In this document: positions 1-13,200 of the stretch, piece after piece
How positions within the stretch are numbered: position 1 is the first letter of the stretch
How the letters are laid out: every line of letters starts with the position of its first letter
Assembly (NCBI RefSeq): GCF_048593235.1
Contig: NC_133620.1
Location: 28,801,772-28,865,771 of the forward strand
Length of the DNA: 64,000 bases
Reading direction: 5' to 3'
From: Sminthopsis crassicaudata
Taxonomy: Eukaryota
The notes under the pieces: generated by a model
The model's database searches: none
Told to the model about the DNA's origin: nothing
Seen by the model: only the letters and a program-made list of their open reading frames with translations
Made by a program: the position numbers and the translations under genes

Positions 1-152
1 GTTGTGGGCTCTATGGGCAAGCCAATATAAAATGCTTTTTAGAATTTTAGTGAGGATCTCCTGCCATACCAGTGAACCTCCTCACTACTTTTAATTTTCT
101 TGCAGTAATTTTGGGTGTTTTTTTTTTGTTTTTTTTTTTAGCTTTTTATTTT

Positions 153-610
153 TGTGTGGTACAGAAATGGTGAGGGGTCACCATTTAATAAAAAAGCTGG
201 AGAGATCTCTAGAGTAAAGCAAAGTTTATTTTACATTCTCAAGGGAAGGGCGTCCCATCCTTGGAGCAGACAATTGAAGAGAGGAAGCGCCTCCGGTGGG
301 CAGGATCAGCACCTTTAATCTTTACCTCAACACCCCCTCCCACCACTGACCCTCATCCTCATTGGCTGAGAGTCTTACATTCTAAACTCGAGATCTACTC
401 ACGAAATTGAACTTGACCAATAAGTACATAGTTGCCCATATTTGACTGAAAAAGGGAGGAAATTGTGTCATGGGAGGATAGCAGGAAGGGGACCTGATTA
501 TGCCCTTGAATAAATGCTCAAAGTCCTTCAGGCCTACTCAAACTCTGAAGTAGATGAAGCCTGACTGGATTTTCACAACTGTCTTGAAAGATCTCACCTC
601 ATCTCATTCA
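153..610 (-). mobile_element. Probable ERV solo LTR nested in an L1 3'-end remnant
   Basis: TG...CA ends and a minus-strand AATAAA (+ tttatt near 225-230). It interrupts an L1-type 'gctttttatttt|caaaatatatgcatagatag' sequence. TSD is imperfect (TTTT/TTCT) and boundaries are approximate. Confidence 0.45.
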
Positions 611-2494
611 TTCTCAAAATATATGCATAGATAGTTGTCAACATTCATCCTTGCAAAGCCTTGTGTTCCATTTTTTCTCCCTCTGTTCCCCCCACTCCCT
701 CCCTTAGACAGCAAGTAATCCAATATATGTTAAATGTCTGCAATTCTTCTATGCATATTTACACATTTATTATGTTATACAAGAAAAATCAGATCAAAAA
801 GGAAAGAAAATGAGAAAGGAAACAAAATGAAAGGGAACAACAACAAAAAAGTGAAAATACTCTGTTGTAATCCACATTCATTTTGGGGATGGTTTTTAAC
901 CAAACTATGAACACTTTCTTATTGTATATGAAACTTTTTTCATATGTATATGCAGTATATAAACACTTTTTTTTTTTTTTTTAATGGATTGTTTATTGGA
1001 ATCCTCAAGTCCTGGGATCCTGGGTATTGGAAGACTACTCGATTTTTCTTTGTCTGAGAGCAGACTGGAGAGAAAGAAGAAATAATGGGGAAAGGTATCT
1101 GGGTGATAAGAGGTGAATAGGAAGGAGAAGGGGGAGCTGTTTGCTTATGGCTTCAATGGCTGGGTGGGGAGTATTAGGTTAATCCTGAAGCTGAGAAAGT
1201 AAGAGGAAGAGTTTCTGTGGGAGGTCTGAGGAGAGATGATAAAGTTTGCAAAAAGTCTGTGAAAAGAGCAAATTGATTTTTTTGTTGCTGTTGTAGGGTA
1301 TTTCAGTCTTGTCCAACTTTTCATGATCTCATTTGAAATTTTCTTGGCAGAGATACAGGAGGGGTTTGCCATTTCCTTCTCCAGCTCATTTTACAGATGA
1401 GGAAACTGAGGCGAGCAGTGTTGAGGGATTTGGCCAGATTCATGCAACTTTTAAGTGTCTAAGGCCAGATTTGAATTGAAGAAGATGAGTCTGCCTGACT
1501 CCAGACATTCTATCCACTGTACCACTTGGCAAATGGATGGGAGATAGCAGGGGCAAGTACTGACCCCCTATGAGTGGTGGGAACTGCACAAAGCAGGGCA
1601 GAAACAGGAGGTTCAGGACACAAATAGAAGTTTAACTAATTTCAAAGTGAAGAAAATAATGCTTACAAATAGAAGCCTCCCCTCCCCACCCAAGAAGGGG
1701 AGTTTTATGCTGCTAAGGCTGGGGCCCTTTATACACATGAAAGGGATTGGCCCACAGCACAATCTTTCCTGGATCTTGAGATAGTTCTCATGGTTAGCAT
1801 TTCTTGGCACCACACAGGTGTTCTTGGCTCCTGTGGGAACACAGTCTCAAGTTCTGGGGGGAGGTTATAGCCACCCTGAGGGGCATAGAACCGGATTCTG
1901 TAACTGGAATAAGAGTACAGTCCCAGTGAACAAATGATGGATGGCCCTGGGAAACTGGGGGAACCAAATTCCTTCATGAACACCTATCCTGGTCCAAGCA
2001 ATACATTTTGCCAGAAAGTGAAGTCAACCTGAGAGCAAAGAATTATTGTTATGCCAAACTATCTCCCAAATATCTTGTGAGTACTTACTTATTCCAACAA
2101 AAGAAGATGCTTCAATTGTAACAGAGGAAAGAATATCCTTGTTAGCATAACTTTCAAGAAAACATATTTATTATTCAGTCCATAAGCATTTGTGAAGCCC
2201 CTAGTACAGGTTTTATTTCACAGGGTAAAGAGAAAAGTACAATTTCCTTGAAAGATCAAAATGTCAAACCTTAAACCTGCAGTATTCCTGGGGGCAGTGA
2301 AAACAAATTAAACTGCAATTAGGAAATATAAATAAATAAAAATATTCTAAAACTAGATAATGTTAATATCTATAATCTTTTTATTATCTATTTATTTAAG
2401 ATATCTATAATATCTATTAATTTGAATATATAATAATTTTTCCTGTGGGTCTCTGGAATGGTAATGGCCCCCCAGCTCCTGGAGTTTGACACTG

Positions 2495-3412
2495 TTTTTT
2501 TTTTTTATCATTTTTCCAAATTATCCCCTCCCTCCCTCTACTCCCTCCCCCCGATGGCAGGTAATCCCATACATTTTACATGTGTTACAGTATAACCTAG
2601 ATACAATATATGTGTGTAAATCCCATTTTCTTGTTGCACGTTAAGTATTAGATTCCGAAGGTATAAGTAACCTGGGTAAATAGACAGTGGTGCTAACACT
2701 TTACATTCGTTTCCCAGTGTTCCTTTTCTGGGTATAGTTATTTCTGTCCATCATTGATCAACTGGAAGTGAGTTGGATCTTCTCTATGTTGAAGATTTCC
2801 ACTTCCATCAGAATACATCCTCATATAGTATTGTTGTTGAAGTGTACAGCGATCTTCTGGTTCTGCTCATTTCACTCAGCATCAGTTGATGTAAGTCTCT
2901 CCAAGCCTCTCTATATTCCTCCTGCTGGTTATTTCTTACAGAGCAATAATATTCCATAACCTTCATATACCATAATTTACCCAACCATTCTCCAATTGAT
3001 GGGCATCCATTCATCTTCCAGTTTCTAGCTACAACAAAAAGGGCTGCCACAAACATTCTTGCACATACAGGTCCCTTTCCCCTCTTTAGTATTTCCTTGG
3101 GATATAAGCCCAGTAGTAGTACGGCTGGGTCAAAGGGTATGCACAGTTTGATAACTTTTGGGGCATAATTCCAGATTACTCTCCAGAATGGCTGGATCCG
3201 TTCACAACTCCACCAACAACAATGTATCAGTGTCCCAGTTTTCCCACATCCCCTCCAACATTCATCATTATTTGTTCCTGTCATCTTAGCCAATCTGAGA
3301 GGTGTGTAGTGGTATCTCAGAGTTGTATTAATTTGCATTTCTCTGATCAGTAGTGATTTGGAACACTTTTTCATATGAGTGGAAATAATTTCAATTTCAT
3401 CATCTGAGAATT
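2495..3412 (-). mobile_element. 5'-truncated LINE-1: ORF2 C-terminus (2808-3374), 3' UTR and poly(A)
   Basis: Translation ...CWRGCGKTGTLIHCCWW...PFDPAVLLLGLYPKE...WYMKVMEYY is typical L1 ORF2 C-terminus. Poly-T at 2495-2506. TSD GAGTTTGAC(A/C)CTGTTTTT at 2482-2499 and 3413-3430, followed by AA (TTTT/AA endonuclease site). Confidence 0.93.
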
Positions 3413-3464
3413 GAGTTTGACCCTGTTTTTAAGGCTCTCTTTCATAAGAGGAAGGTTAAAGACC

Positions 3465-3666
3465 TGAGCTTTAAAAGGCCAAGGCCTCCCACTGCATCCA
3501 AGGTCAAATCCAGTTGTCCTGATCTCTTTTTGGCCATTGAACCCAGATGACTCTGGAGGAGAAAGGGAGTTGGGTGATCTTGTTCAGGCCTCCCTCACTT
3601 CAATCCAGTTTACTTGAATGTCAATGTCATGGTCTTCTTCGAGAATGACAGACAAATAACAATAAC
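3465..3666 (+). mobile_element. Degenerate marsupial SINE 3' tail (Mar1/WALLSI-like, RTE-derived)
   Basis: Resembles the recalled motif ggccactggacccagatggctctggaggagaaag...gagaatgaaggacaaacaac. Family name is uncertain. Confidence 0.45.
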
Positions 3667-3714
3667 CAAAAGGTAGATTTTGAAGGAGAGCCCTTTGACT
3701 TTAAGCTGATCCTG

Positions 3715-3716
<2 letters not shown>

Positions 3717-3768
<52 letters not shown>
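3717..3768. repeat. (GT)26 microsatellite
   Basis: Perfect GT run seen directly. Confidence 0.97.
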
Positions 3769-3770
<2 letters not shown>

Positions 3771-4322
3771 TAAATATCCCAAAGACAGACACAGAACGAA
3801 ATGGAGTGCCTTACAGGAATTCTTAACAGACCACTTTGAGCCCTAAAAAAGTCCTCTTTCAACCAAGTATAAGGGATTGTGAGTGCAGGTCAGAGTAAAT
3901 TCATCTGGGCCCTCTGTTCACTGAATGTCCATCATGGTGCTGTTCCCAACCATTCCTTCAGATTTTTAGGGTCGTCGGATCTGTATCCCTAAAAAAAGAA
4001 AAAAAAAAAGTAAAGAATTTGATAAAATTCCCCTTTCTCACTGCCAAGAGTCAAGGACAGCTCCTTGATCGATAACAATGGAAAACAGGAATGCTTGGTG
4101 ACCAACAGGTTGAGCAGGAAGACTGACTAGGATGTCTAAGGTAACCAGGGGGGAAACAAAGGGCACTGTGGGTGGGTCAGAAGAAAGAGGGCTCTTTAGT
4201 TGATCTAAGAAAGTCAGATGGAAAAACTTCATGGACCAGAAGTTGAGCCTTGAATATAATTTGGGAAATTGAGGACAAAGGAAGAGGGCGTTAGACGCAG
4301 AAACAGGATACCCCTAGTTTAA

Positions 4323-4468
4323 ATTTTTTTTTCTTTTGCTGAGGCAATTGGGGTTAAGGTACTTGCCCAGGGTCACACAAGCTAGAAAGTAAGTGTCTGA
4401 GGTCAGATTTGAACTCAGGTCCTCCTGACTTTGGGGCTGGTGCTCTATCCACTGCGCCATCCAGCTGC
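4323..4468 (-). mobile_element. WSINE1-type CORE-SINE
   Basis: Reverse complement of the tRNA-like head plus CORE (gtggatagagcaccagcc...gagttcaaatc...ctgtgtgaccctgggcaag). Perfect 13-bp TSD ACCCCTAGTTTAA at 4310-4322 and 4469-4481. Confidence 0.9.
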
Positions 4469-4584
4469 ACCCCTAGTTTAAGATTATCAGGAATTCTAAT
4501 AATGAGAAATTTGATCAGCATTATTAATTGTAGATAATACCAGATCCACCATGGTTCATCATATAAGAACTCATTATATAAGAA

Positions 4585-5060
4585 TGTGAGGGATAGAAAA
4601 ATCCTATCCAAAAATGACTACTCAGAGACTTCTCGAATTAAAAAGCAGAAAAGTTGTTTTATTTAATAAATTTTCATGAGAATGAGCAATTCCACTGTGA
4701 GGAGGGAAAAAGAGAAAGCTCACGGCAGAAGGGCTAAAGAATTAGAAGATATACAGTTTTTATAGGTTTTAATTACAAAGGATTACAGCTGTTAATTGGA
4801 TGTTATTATTTGTGCCAAAAACAGCAGATTCTCTGATTCAGAGAGGAACCATACATCAAGCAACTAGTAGTCTTAACACTGATAGTTTGAACAGAGATAA
4901 ATGTCATCATCTTGGGTTAAATACATATATCTAAAATCTAAGTGAATATTGGCTAATACTCAACATACTTATGCATAGTATTAGAGAAGATAGAATACAG
5001 AAAAGGAATTTAACATTCTTGTAAGTTCTTCACCATATCTTACTCCATACTTGCTCCACA
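4585..5060 (-). mobile_element. ERV solo LTR with 6-bp TSD (class II-like)
   Basis: TGTGAG...CTCCACA termini. Flanks are TAAGAA/CAAGAA (1 mismatch). Minus-strand TATA-like and AATAAA motifs lie inside. Confidence 0.55.
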
Positions 5061-5527
5061 CAAGAACATAGCAAAGGACGTACTGAGATGTGTATCATAA
5101 AACTCGGTGCTTGGTTTACCATCATATCTTTGTGTTGTTTGCTCTTAGTTCTCAAACACAACCAGGGCAGTGATAAGTCAGAGAGGGTAGTGCCCTTTCT
5201 TCTCCCGAGCCATCTGGGTTCAAGGGCCAGGTATAGAGTAAGATGATTGCAGATGGCCCTGATGTCATACCTTTAATTTAAAGATTTAAAGAAAGAGAAG
5301 ACATTTCAATCTAAGCTGATAAAATATTTTAAATGACAAGAAGGACATTTTTGCCATGTCATTAGTTATGTTTATTTTTTTTTTATTATTGTTATTTTTG
5401 GTTATACATGTAACTTCATTTTTTTACATATTTCCTTTTGAATCACTCTTACTCATTTGGGGAGAGAAAAATCAGAACAAAAGGGAAAAATCACAAGAGA
5501 AAAAAAAATCACACACAAAAAATTAAA

Positions 5528-5677
5528 GGGTCAGCTAAGTGGCATAGTGGATAGAGCACCAGCCCTGAAGTCAGGAGGACTTGAGTTTGCCCTCAGACAC
5601 TTAATACTTCCTAGCTGTGTGACCCTGGGCAAGTCACTTAACCCCAATTGTCTCTGCTAAAAAAAAAAAAAAAAAAA
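5528..5677 (+). mobile_element. WSINE1-type CORE-SINE inserted in an L1 3' remnant
   Basis: A-box/B-box head, CORE and A-tail at 5659-5677. Confidence 0.88.
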
Positions 5678-8600
5678 GTCACCATAGCATGTGTTGATTT
5701 ATATTCAGTCTCCATAATTATCTCTCTGGATGTGGATGGAAGTTTCTTTCCAAAGTTTATTGGGATTGGATCACAGAACCACTGATCTTTATGCTTACAT
5801 TTTTTTAAATTTTACTTTCAATTGGTGAAATAGCAGATGAACCTAAATACAGTGACTTTTCAGGAGAAACATCTCCCCAGAAAAAAAGTGATCTTACAAG
5901 TCAAAGAAGCAGTCAGGTTGGCAAAGACAGGATGAGCCCTTACAAAAAGCTATCTTGGAGATCTTTATCTTAGAGATTTCCTGCTGGGTTATCTGATAAG
6001 ATTTACTACAGAGAAAACATTCTACTGGAGCAAACCTGACTTGTAACATGTTGTTCCTGAAATCCCAAAGTTAACATCCCCCAAATCACCTGCAATCTTG
6101 TCCCTGCTACTCAACCTCTCCAATAGGAAAGCAGCTAAGCAGTCTTTCATAGGTTCCTTTAGCCACCAACAATGTCACTGTGAGGCTGTGTAAAATACTC
6201 CTTAGTGTCTTTCAGGTCATTCTGTGCATGGCTATCCACAACTGCCTATCAGCTGATGCTAAATTTTATCTTCTAGCCTTGCCTCTTGATCTTCAGTCAA
6301 GTGGACCAAGGTGAGAAAGTATTCTCCTGAAGAATCTTTGGACCTCAGGGTTGAAGAATCTTCCACTAAGATAAGTATCTATTGTAATATTTGTAATAAA
6401 TAAATCCAAAATATATTTATTTTATTTTTTGGGGGATGTTAATAAACAGATTTTTTAAAACTTTAAAAATTAATTTTCATTGCATATGTCCATGAACTGC
6501 AACCAATGACCACATTTTATTTTATTTTGTTAATTTTAATAGTTTTCATTTAGCAGATATATACATGGGTAATTTTACAGCAGGTGGATAAATGTGGCCA
6601 GAGCAGTTTGGCAAATGATTGGAGAATGGATTGGAGAGGGGAGAAACTTGAGGCAGGGAGACTCCCCCCTCCCCCCCAGCTGGGGCAAAGGTCAGGCAGG
6701 AGGCGATGGGTGTAGGGCCAGGGGCCTATTGGAGAGATGCTGCAAAGGTGATATCAAGAGTCCTTGGCCACAGGTGGGATCCTGATGAGGGAAGAGACAG
6801 GGAGGATTGTGGTACCCTCAGCACTAAGAAGGACACTGGGAGAGAGAAAGATTTAAAGGGAAAAAAGGGATTTCCGTTTCCTAGCTCTGTCCTTCTGGAA
6901 GTAGGCACCTTGCAGTCCAGCTTCTCACTTAGGGGCTAAACAGTTAAGCTCCCTCAGGGCAGGGCTGGGTGGGCCTGAGTAGGGAGACTCTCAGAAAGGG
7001 TCTGGCAGGGGATGACTGAGCAGCTTTGTCTGCTGGGGCCCAGCTGGGTATGAGGCAGGTTGTTGGGCCAGGAGCCCGGATTGCTGGATCCCAATCGCCG
7101 GGCACAGCTACCAGGAGCAAGATTCTGCCCGCCCGGACTCCTCCAGGCGCAGGCTGGCCCATTATAGATACTCCCATACTGTTCCACCCCATGGTCAGCC
7201 CCAGGCCTGAACTGACATTTTGCATTTGTAGTGACACAGATATTCCAGGGGTACCAAAGAAAAAGAGAAAAGAAAAGTCTCCACATGACTTGTAGCCTCT
7301 CCGGGCAGGTGTCTGGTCCGGCTTGGTCTGGTAGGAGGAAAGGGGGCAGGAGAACCTGCAAGTTTCTGGGGCCAGCCCAGAGAGGACTCACAATTGGTGA
7401 GTCATGGGGGAGTCCCCACTTGGCCTTCCTCACCTGGCAGAGCCCCCTGGGAGGGGCCTGGGACCCTCTCTTCTGCCCCCTAGCCCTGGCTCTCTGGCTC
7501 CTCCCCCCATGGCTGCCTCCTCTGGATCGGCATCCTCCCTCCCAGATGTTTTCTTTCCTTCTCAATTCTATGTCTCCACGTTTGGTTTGAAAATCATAAG
7601 GCAGAAGCACCTTTGCCTTCAGTGCTAGGGGAGCCCCTGGCTCTATCGGGAGCTCCTTAAGGGCAGCTCTTAGATCTTTATTATCTCCCCTTCTTCTCCA
7701 GTGTCAGGAGAGCGCTTGACACTGAGCTAGAGGACAAACCTTGATTATATTGGTAACAGGTAGCGGGCAACCAGCCCCGAATTATCAGGTCACACTCCCC
7801 TAGCAAAATTCTTGGAACCAGATTAAAGGTAAATGGGAAATATTTAATAAAATAAACAAAATTACAAGACAAGCTAGATAATGTTAATCTGTGGTTTTTT
7901 AAATCAACATGCAGCCACAGGGAGGCTCCATAAAGTGTCACACCCCTGGCTAGCAGTGATACATCTCTTTAAGGACTTTACTAATAATATCTCATTGAAG
8001 CCTCACAACAATCTGGAGAGGGAGGTGCTATTATCACCCCATTATACAGATGAAGAAACTGAGATGGAAATCAGCTAAATGACTTGCTCATAAGTGGTTT
8101 TGGCAGGATTCAAACTCAGTTCTTCCTGTTTCCAAATCCATCACTCAATGTATTTATCACACATGTCACGTAGCTTGTCCCTAGGTATGGGAAGTCCCTG
8201 GTGAGGAAGCATCCTTCACTAGTCTGGGTTAGCACTTATTTTGCACTTTATAATCTCAATTGCCTGGTCCAGGGAGACAGGTTCAGTGATTTGTGCAGAG
8301 TCATGGAACCAGGATGCAGCAGGGACAGGATCTGAATCCAGAGCCCTGGTCAGAGACTTAGGCCCCTCTTAGGAGGTTAGGAGGTGGTCAACTCTCTTGG
8401 AAACAGTAGGTGCTATATAAATTGCTTGCCTTCTAAGTGAAGGGGGAGAAGAGGAAGGGAGAGAACATGGAACTCAAAAAAATTTAATAACTAATGATAA
8501 ACATTATTTTCATACTTGTAGTTGGGAGGGAGATGCAATGTTAAACATTAAAAAAAGAAAATGGTAAGTGTTGAATAAATCTTTGACTAATAAATGGAAA

Positions 8601-9375
8601 TGTGTGGGACTTGGGTCTAAGGAGAAACTCCCAAATCTCTCTCTCTCTCTCTCTCTTACCTTTTCTCGCTTTACTTTCTCTTTCTACCCTCCTCTGGGAG
8701 CACAGGTGGAAGAACCAAAAAAGGGATGGATGGGCCTTCCCAGAGCCCCCAGGGGGTAAGCAGTCAGTCATCCTAACAGAGCACCAAGGCCAGAATAAGT
8801 AAGTCTGGGATGCAGGAGCCACCCTATGGGACAGAAGTAATGAAAGAGGGTGGGCAGGAAGTTCCCTAGAAGATAAGAGAAGGGTGATGGACCACAACAG
8901 CTGAGACAATCGAAATGATGTTATCTAAAGGAAGCCAAACTCTGGCTCCCTGAACAGCTGATAATGTAATAATTGACTCCCTTTCTCTTTGCAGGAGGTG
9001 GGAGGACAGCCAGAGAGGAACTTTGGGATCTACTCCTGCCACCCGATCAAGCTTTGTTTTTTTTATTTTTGCTTCATTATTTTTTCTTTGTTACAAAGGA
9101 AGGTTCAAGACCCAGTATTTCTGGAAATGACTATGATGTCAAAACATAAGGCATAATAAAATGTTTTGCATGATTACACATGTATAACCTATGCCAAATT
9201 GCTCACTCTCTCAGGGTGTGGGGAGGTGAAGAAGGGAAGCAGAAAACTTGGAACTCAAATTTTTTTTTTTTTAATGAATGTTAAAGATTGTCTTTACATG
9301 TAACTGGGGGAAAATAAAATGTTATTTTTTTTTTGTAAATACTATTTTATCTTTTTCAATTACATGTAAAGATAG

Positions 9376-9794
9376 TGAAGTGGAAGGACATCCCTCCCGG
9401 CTGTGAGAAACATAATCTTGAAACTCTGTAGTTAAAACTTTGTCACTAGCTCTTCACACCCATGTAGATGGTACTTTTACACCCCAGGATGTACTGCCCT
9501 AAAAACTCCTAAGACCTTGACAACTTGATAAACATAAAGAAATTACTGTCTTATTGCCTGTCTGGGAATGGCACCCTTACTGTGATCATCTTTGCCTTCG
9601 GTCTAGGATGAAATTACTTTAGTATGACAAATGTATTCAGGAACTTTTAGGTTTCTTTCTATAAATATGTGTGTCTGAAATCACTTGATACTGATTGCCC
9701 TGTTCAGGTGGAGTTCAGTCACTAGCTAGCAATAAACACTCTTAAATTTACATTATTTTGGCTATCCTGTATTTTCTCTCGTCTGGGCACTTCA
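9376..9794 (+). mobile_element. ERV1-like solo LTR (419 bp)
   Basis: Perfect 7-bp inverted termini TGAAGTG/CACTTCA and a 4-bp TSD ATAG (9372-9375, 9795-9798). TATAAAT near 9660 and AATAAA at 9731-9736. Confidence 0.88.
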
Positions 9795-9817
9795 ATAGTT
9801 TTCAACATTGATTTTTT

Positions 9818-10280
9818 TAATTATAGCTTTTCATTGACAGAACATATGCATGGGTAATTTTTCAACATTGACCCTTGCAAAACCTTCTGTTCCAACTTTT
9901 CCCCCCTTTTCCCTACTCCCTCCCTCAGATGGCAGGTAGTCTGATACATGTTAAATATGTTAAATACAATATATGTATACATATTTATACAGTTATCTTG
10001 CTGCACAAGAAAAATTGGATCTAGAAAGAAAAAAAAAACTGAGAAAGAAAACAAAAAACAAGCAAACAATAACAGAAAGAGTGGAAATACTATGTTGTGA
10101 TCCACACTTAGTTCCCACAGTCCTCCCTCTGGATGTAGATGGCTCCATCACTGAATAATTGGAACTGGCCTGAATCATCTCATTGTTGAAGAGAGCCATG
10201 TCCATCAGAATTGATCATCATACAGTGTTGTTGTTGAAGTATACAATGATCTCCTGATCCTGCTCATTTCACTCAGCATC
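9818..10280 (-). mobile_element. LINE-1 3'-end fragment with long TSD
   Basis: L1 3' UTR/ORF2-end sequence related to 2500-2900. TSD AGTTTTCAACATT(G/C)ATTTTTT at 9797-9817 and 10281-10301, followed by AA. Confidence 0.8.
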
Positions 10281-13200
10281 AGTTTTCAACATTCATTTTT
10301 TAATAAGATTTTGAATTCCAAATTTTTTCCCCTCCCTCCTTCTCTTTCACCTCCACAAGAGGCAAACTATCTGATACAGGCTAAACATGTGCAATTATGT
10401 TAAAGGAAGATAAATTATTATTTTAAAGTATTTTTAAATCATAAGACATCAATCAAACTTAGGAAAAGAACCCAACGAAGGGATAGTAGCCACAAGTGGC
10501 CAGCCAAGAATCCACCTGGAGAAGATCAGTGCATTTGGCTGGGGTGGGAGGAAGGACAATCACTGGTGGGTTTTAAGGGAGCATGGGAAAAAAAGGAAAA
10601 AAGTTATCAGATGTACTTCTTGGGGGGGCATGAAGCCTCAGAAATATAATATGAGGAAAGAAGAAGGAGGTCCCAAAGACTATATACTATACACTGTGAA
10701 TGAAGGACTCACCTCCACAGTGGAGGGGCCTGAAGCAAGGCCGGGACAATAGGCAATCATTGTTGTGCAGTAGGGAAATTCGGGGCACCAGGATGGAGGG
10801 TGGGTGGCAGGTGCCTTGGAGGAGTCTGGAGGAAAGGAGGAAAAAGGCCTGGGGTTCAAGGGCTGCTGCCCCCCCCCCCCTGCTTTTCACTCGCAGGTGC
10901 CATTTACAAGCTCCAGGCTGCAAGCAAAGTTAAAGGAATTCCCTTATCTGTGAAAGGGGAAGCTCATACCACTCCCTGCCCCATAGCTCCAGCAAGGATC
11001 CCAGGAGGGTGGGGTGTTCCGGCACCTCTATACTTTAAGGCTCTTTCCTGGTTCTTATCACCTCAATGCAGGGGGATATCTCAAGACACGGGGCCTCTGG
11101 AGCAAATCATACCAAGTCAGGGGCACAAGAGGCTGAAGGAACTTTCTTTCCTGTGGGCTCCATTGGAGCCTTATCTCAGCCTAAGCTACAGGGGCTTATC
11201 TCATGCAGGGCAAAACTTGCCCTGAGAAAAAGCTATTTTGTTTTTCTACATAGAGCAGATTTGTGAGAACTTTCTTTGTTGTCTGAGTTTACTTATTTTA
11301 CAAACAAAATATCCACTTGAATTAATTTTTCTTAACAATGAGGAGGCTTATTCCAGAACCCTGGAAGGATGACCAGTGCTATTGGAAGCTTCTAGATTTC
11401 CATTAATCTTGGACAGAACCCCTTTTGGAAGAGTTTGTGGTGCAGCAAGAAGTCTTAAAGGTGCACAGGTGCACCTTGGCTCCAAGTGTCTGTTCCCCTG
11501 TTCTCTCTGAGAGAACTGGCAGGGTCTCCTCTGGGGCTGCTGTTGGACAGACAGGAAGCACCACAGCTGAGAGCCACAGCTGGCAGCCCCCATTCACCAC
11601 CAGGCCCTGCCCCTCTGAGTTTACTTGTAGAGAAAGAAGAAAAGGGGGACAGCTAATTCAGAAGCGTCAGCTTCTTCCTGTCCAAACTCTATTTTCCACA
11701 GTCACTGTCCAATTCTTTAAAGCAGAAAAAATCTGGAGGCTGCTAGTCAGTCCTTGGTTGCTGGAGCCTTGTGATGGGGTCCTGTGGGGTGGCCAGGGCC
11801 TTTCATCCCCTGCACCTTCCATCTTTCCAGCCTTGTGGCACCTTGCACCCACTCTCCCCCTCCTCCCTCTCCTTTCTCCCCCCTCCCTCCCTGCCTCCTC
11901 GCTCTAGGACCTAATATGCTCCTCATATGACAAGACATTTATCTCTTTATGAGGACTATTTTCATCGGGTATCCCCAGTTCCTGGGCCCCTTTGCCACCT
12001 AATCTTTGATTCCTGGCTTTCCTGGCTCCTTTCAAATCCCAGCTAAAAGCCTACCTTTAGTAGGATTTTTGCCAACCCCCCATAACTCTAGTGTCTTCCC
12101 TCTGTTGATTGTATACAAGTTATCCTGTCTATAGTTTGTTTGTAGTTTATGTATAGTTTTCCCCATTAGGCTGTGAGGGATGTCTTTTGCCCCTCTTTGA
12201 ATCCTCAGTGCTTAGCACAATGCCTGCTACACAGTAGGTGTTTAATAAAGTTTACTGACTGACTCTATTACTCCCATGGAATTTAGGCTGGTTTTTCCTT
12301 TAAAGATACTGAATGTGTCCTGGAGCTCTAATTGGATCAGGATAGAATAAAGTTTGGGCAGCAGATTCAACTTTTGGATTCTTGGAGAATAAGGGTGGAA
12401 GCTCCTCCTTCAGGAAGACCACAGATCAACCCAAGCACGGACACCTCAGGAGGATCAAAGGTATATTCTGGGTGGTCATCCCTTCTCTTCTCTGGATGCC
12501 CTTCCTCTGCTAGGGCCAAGTAAACCTCTTTATTTTAAATATTAGATAATTTATGACACTTTCATTTTTTTCCAGTTTTAAACTAAATATGCCATAGAAG
12601 TGGTCCAGACTCTGCCCAAAGATTCTGGAATATGTTTCTGTAGAGGGCTGCCATTGGGAAGTCATAAAGAAAAATACAGGTGAAGTATATAAGGAGTATC
12701 CCTAGCCGAGCCTAAGTTCTCATAAACAGGAGCATCCCTGAGCAGAGAGCTGTTAGTAACGAAGCTGTCCCTGGACTAGGGGGACAAACCTTGGAGGCAA
12801 AAGCTAAGTTCTGGAAAGGTGAGCCAGCTGCTTGCCCTTTTGAGGGGGACTTTTTAGGGAGAAATCAGTGATGGGCACTGTCACCATTCTGTTATATATA
12901 ATGTCTGGAAAGATGGGCAGGTATAGGGTTGTGAAAGGCTTTCTTCAGTAAGAAAAGGGATTTATGTTTGATCCTGAAGATATAGGGAGCCAGGGGAGCT
13001 TAGTGAGTATGGAGTAACTTGAGTAGGGCTGGGTTTAGGGAAGTTGCTTTGTCAGCTGTGTAGAGGGGGGATAGACTGGTAAGGAGGGCACCTGGAGTCA
13101 GGAAAATCAGTCAGGAGGACGGGAAGTGAGCGGCTCCTTACTCCTCAGTACATCCTCAGTCTTCCTAAGTTTGTTGCCAAAGTCGTCAACTTTCTGATAC

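Noticed and set aside
6954-7610. 218-aa minus-strand ORF and overlapping ORFs
   Set aside because: GC-rich region with several open frames, no recognisable domain and no consistent splice model.
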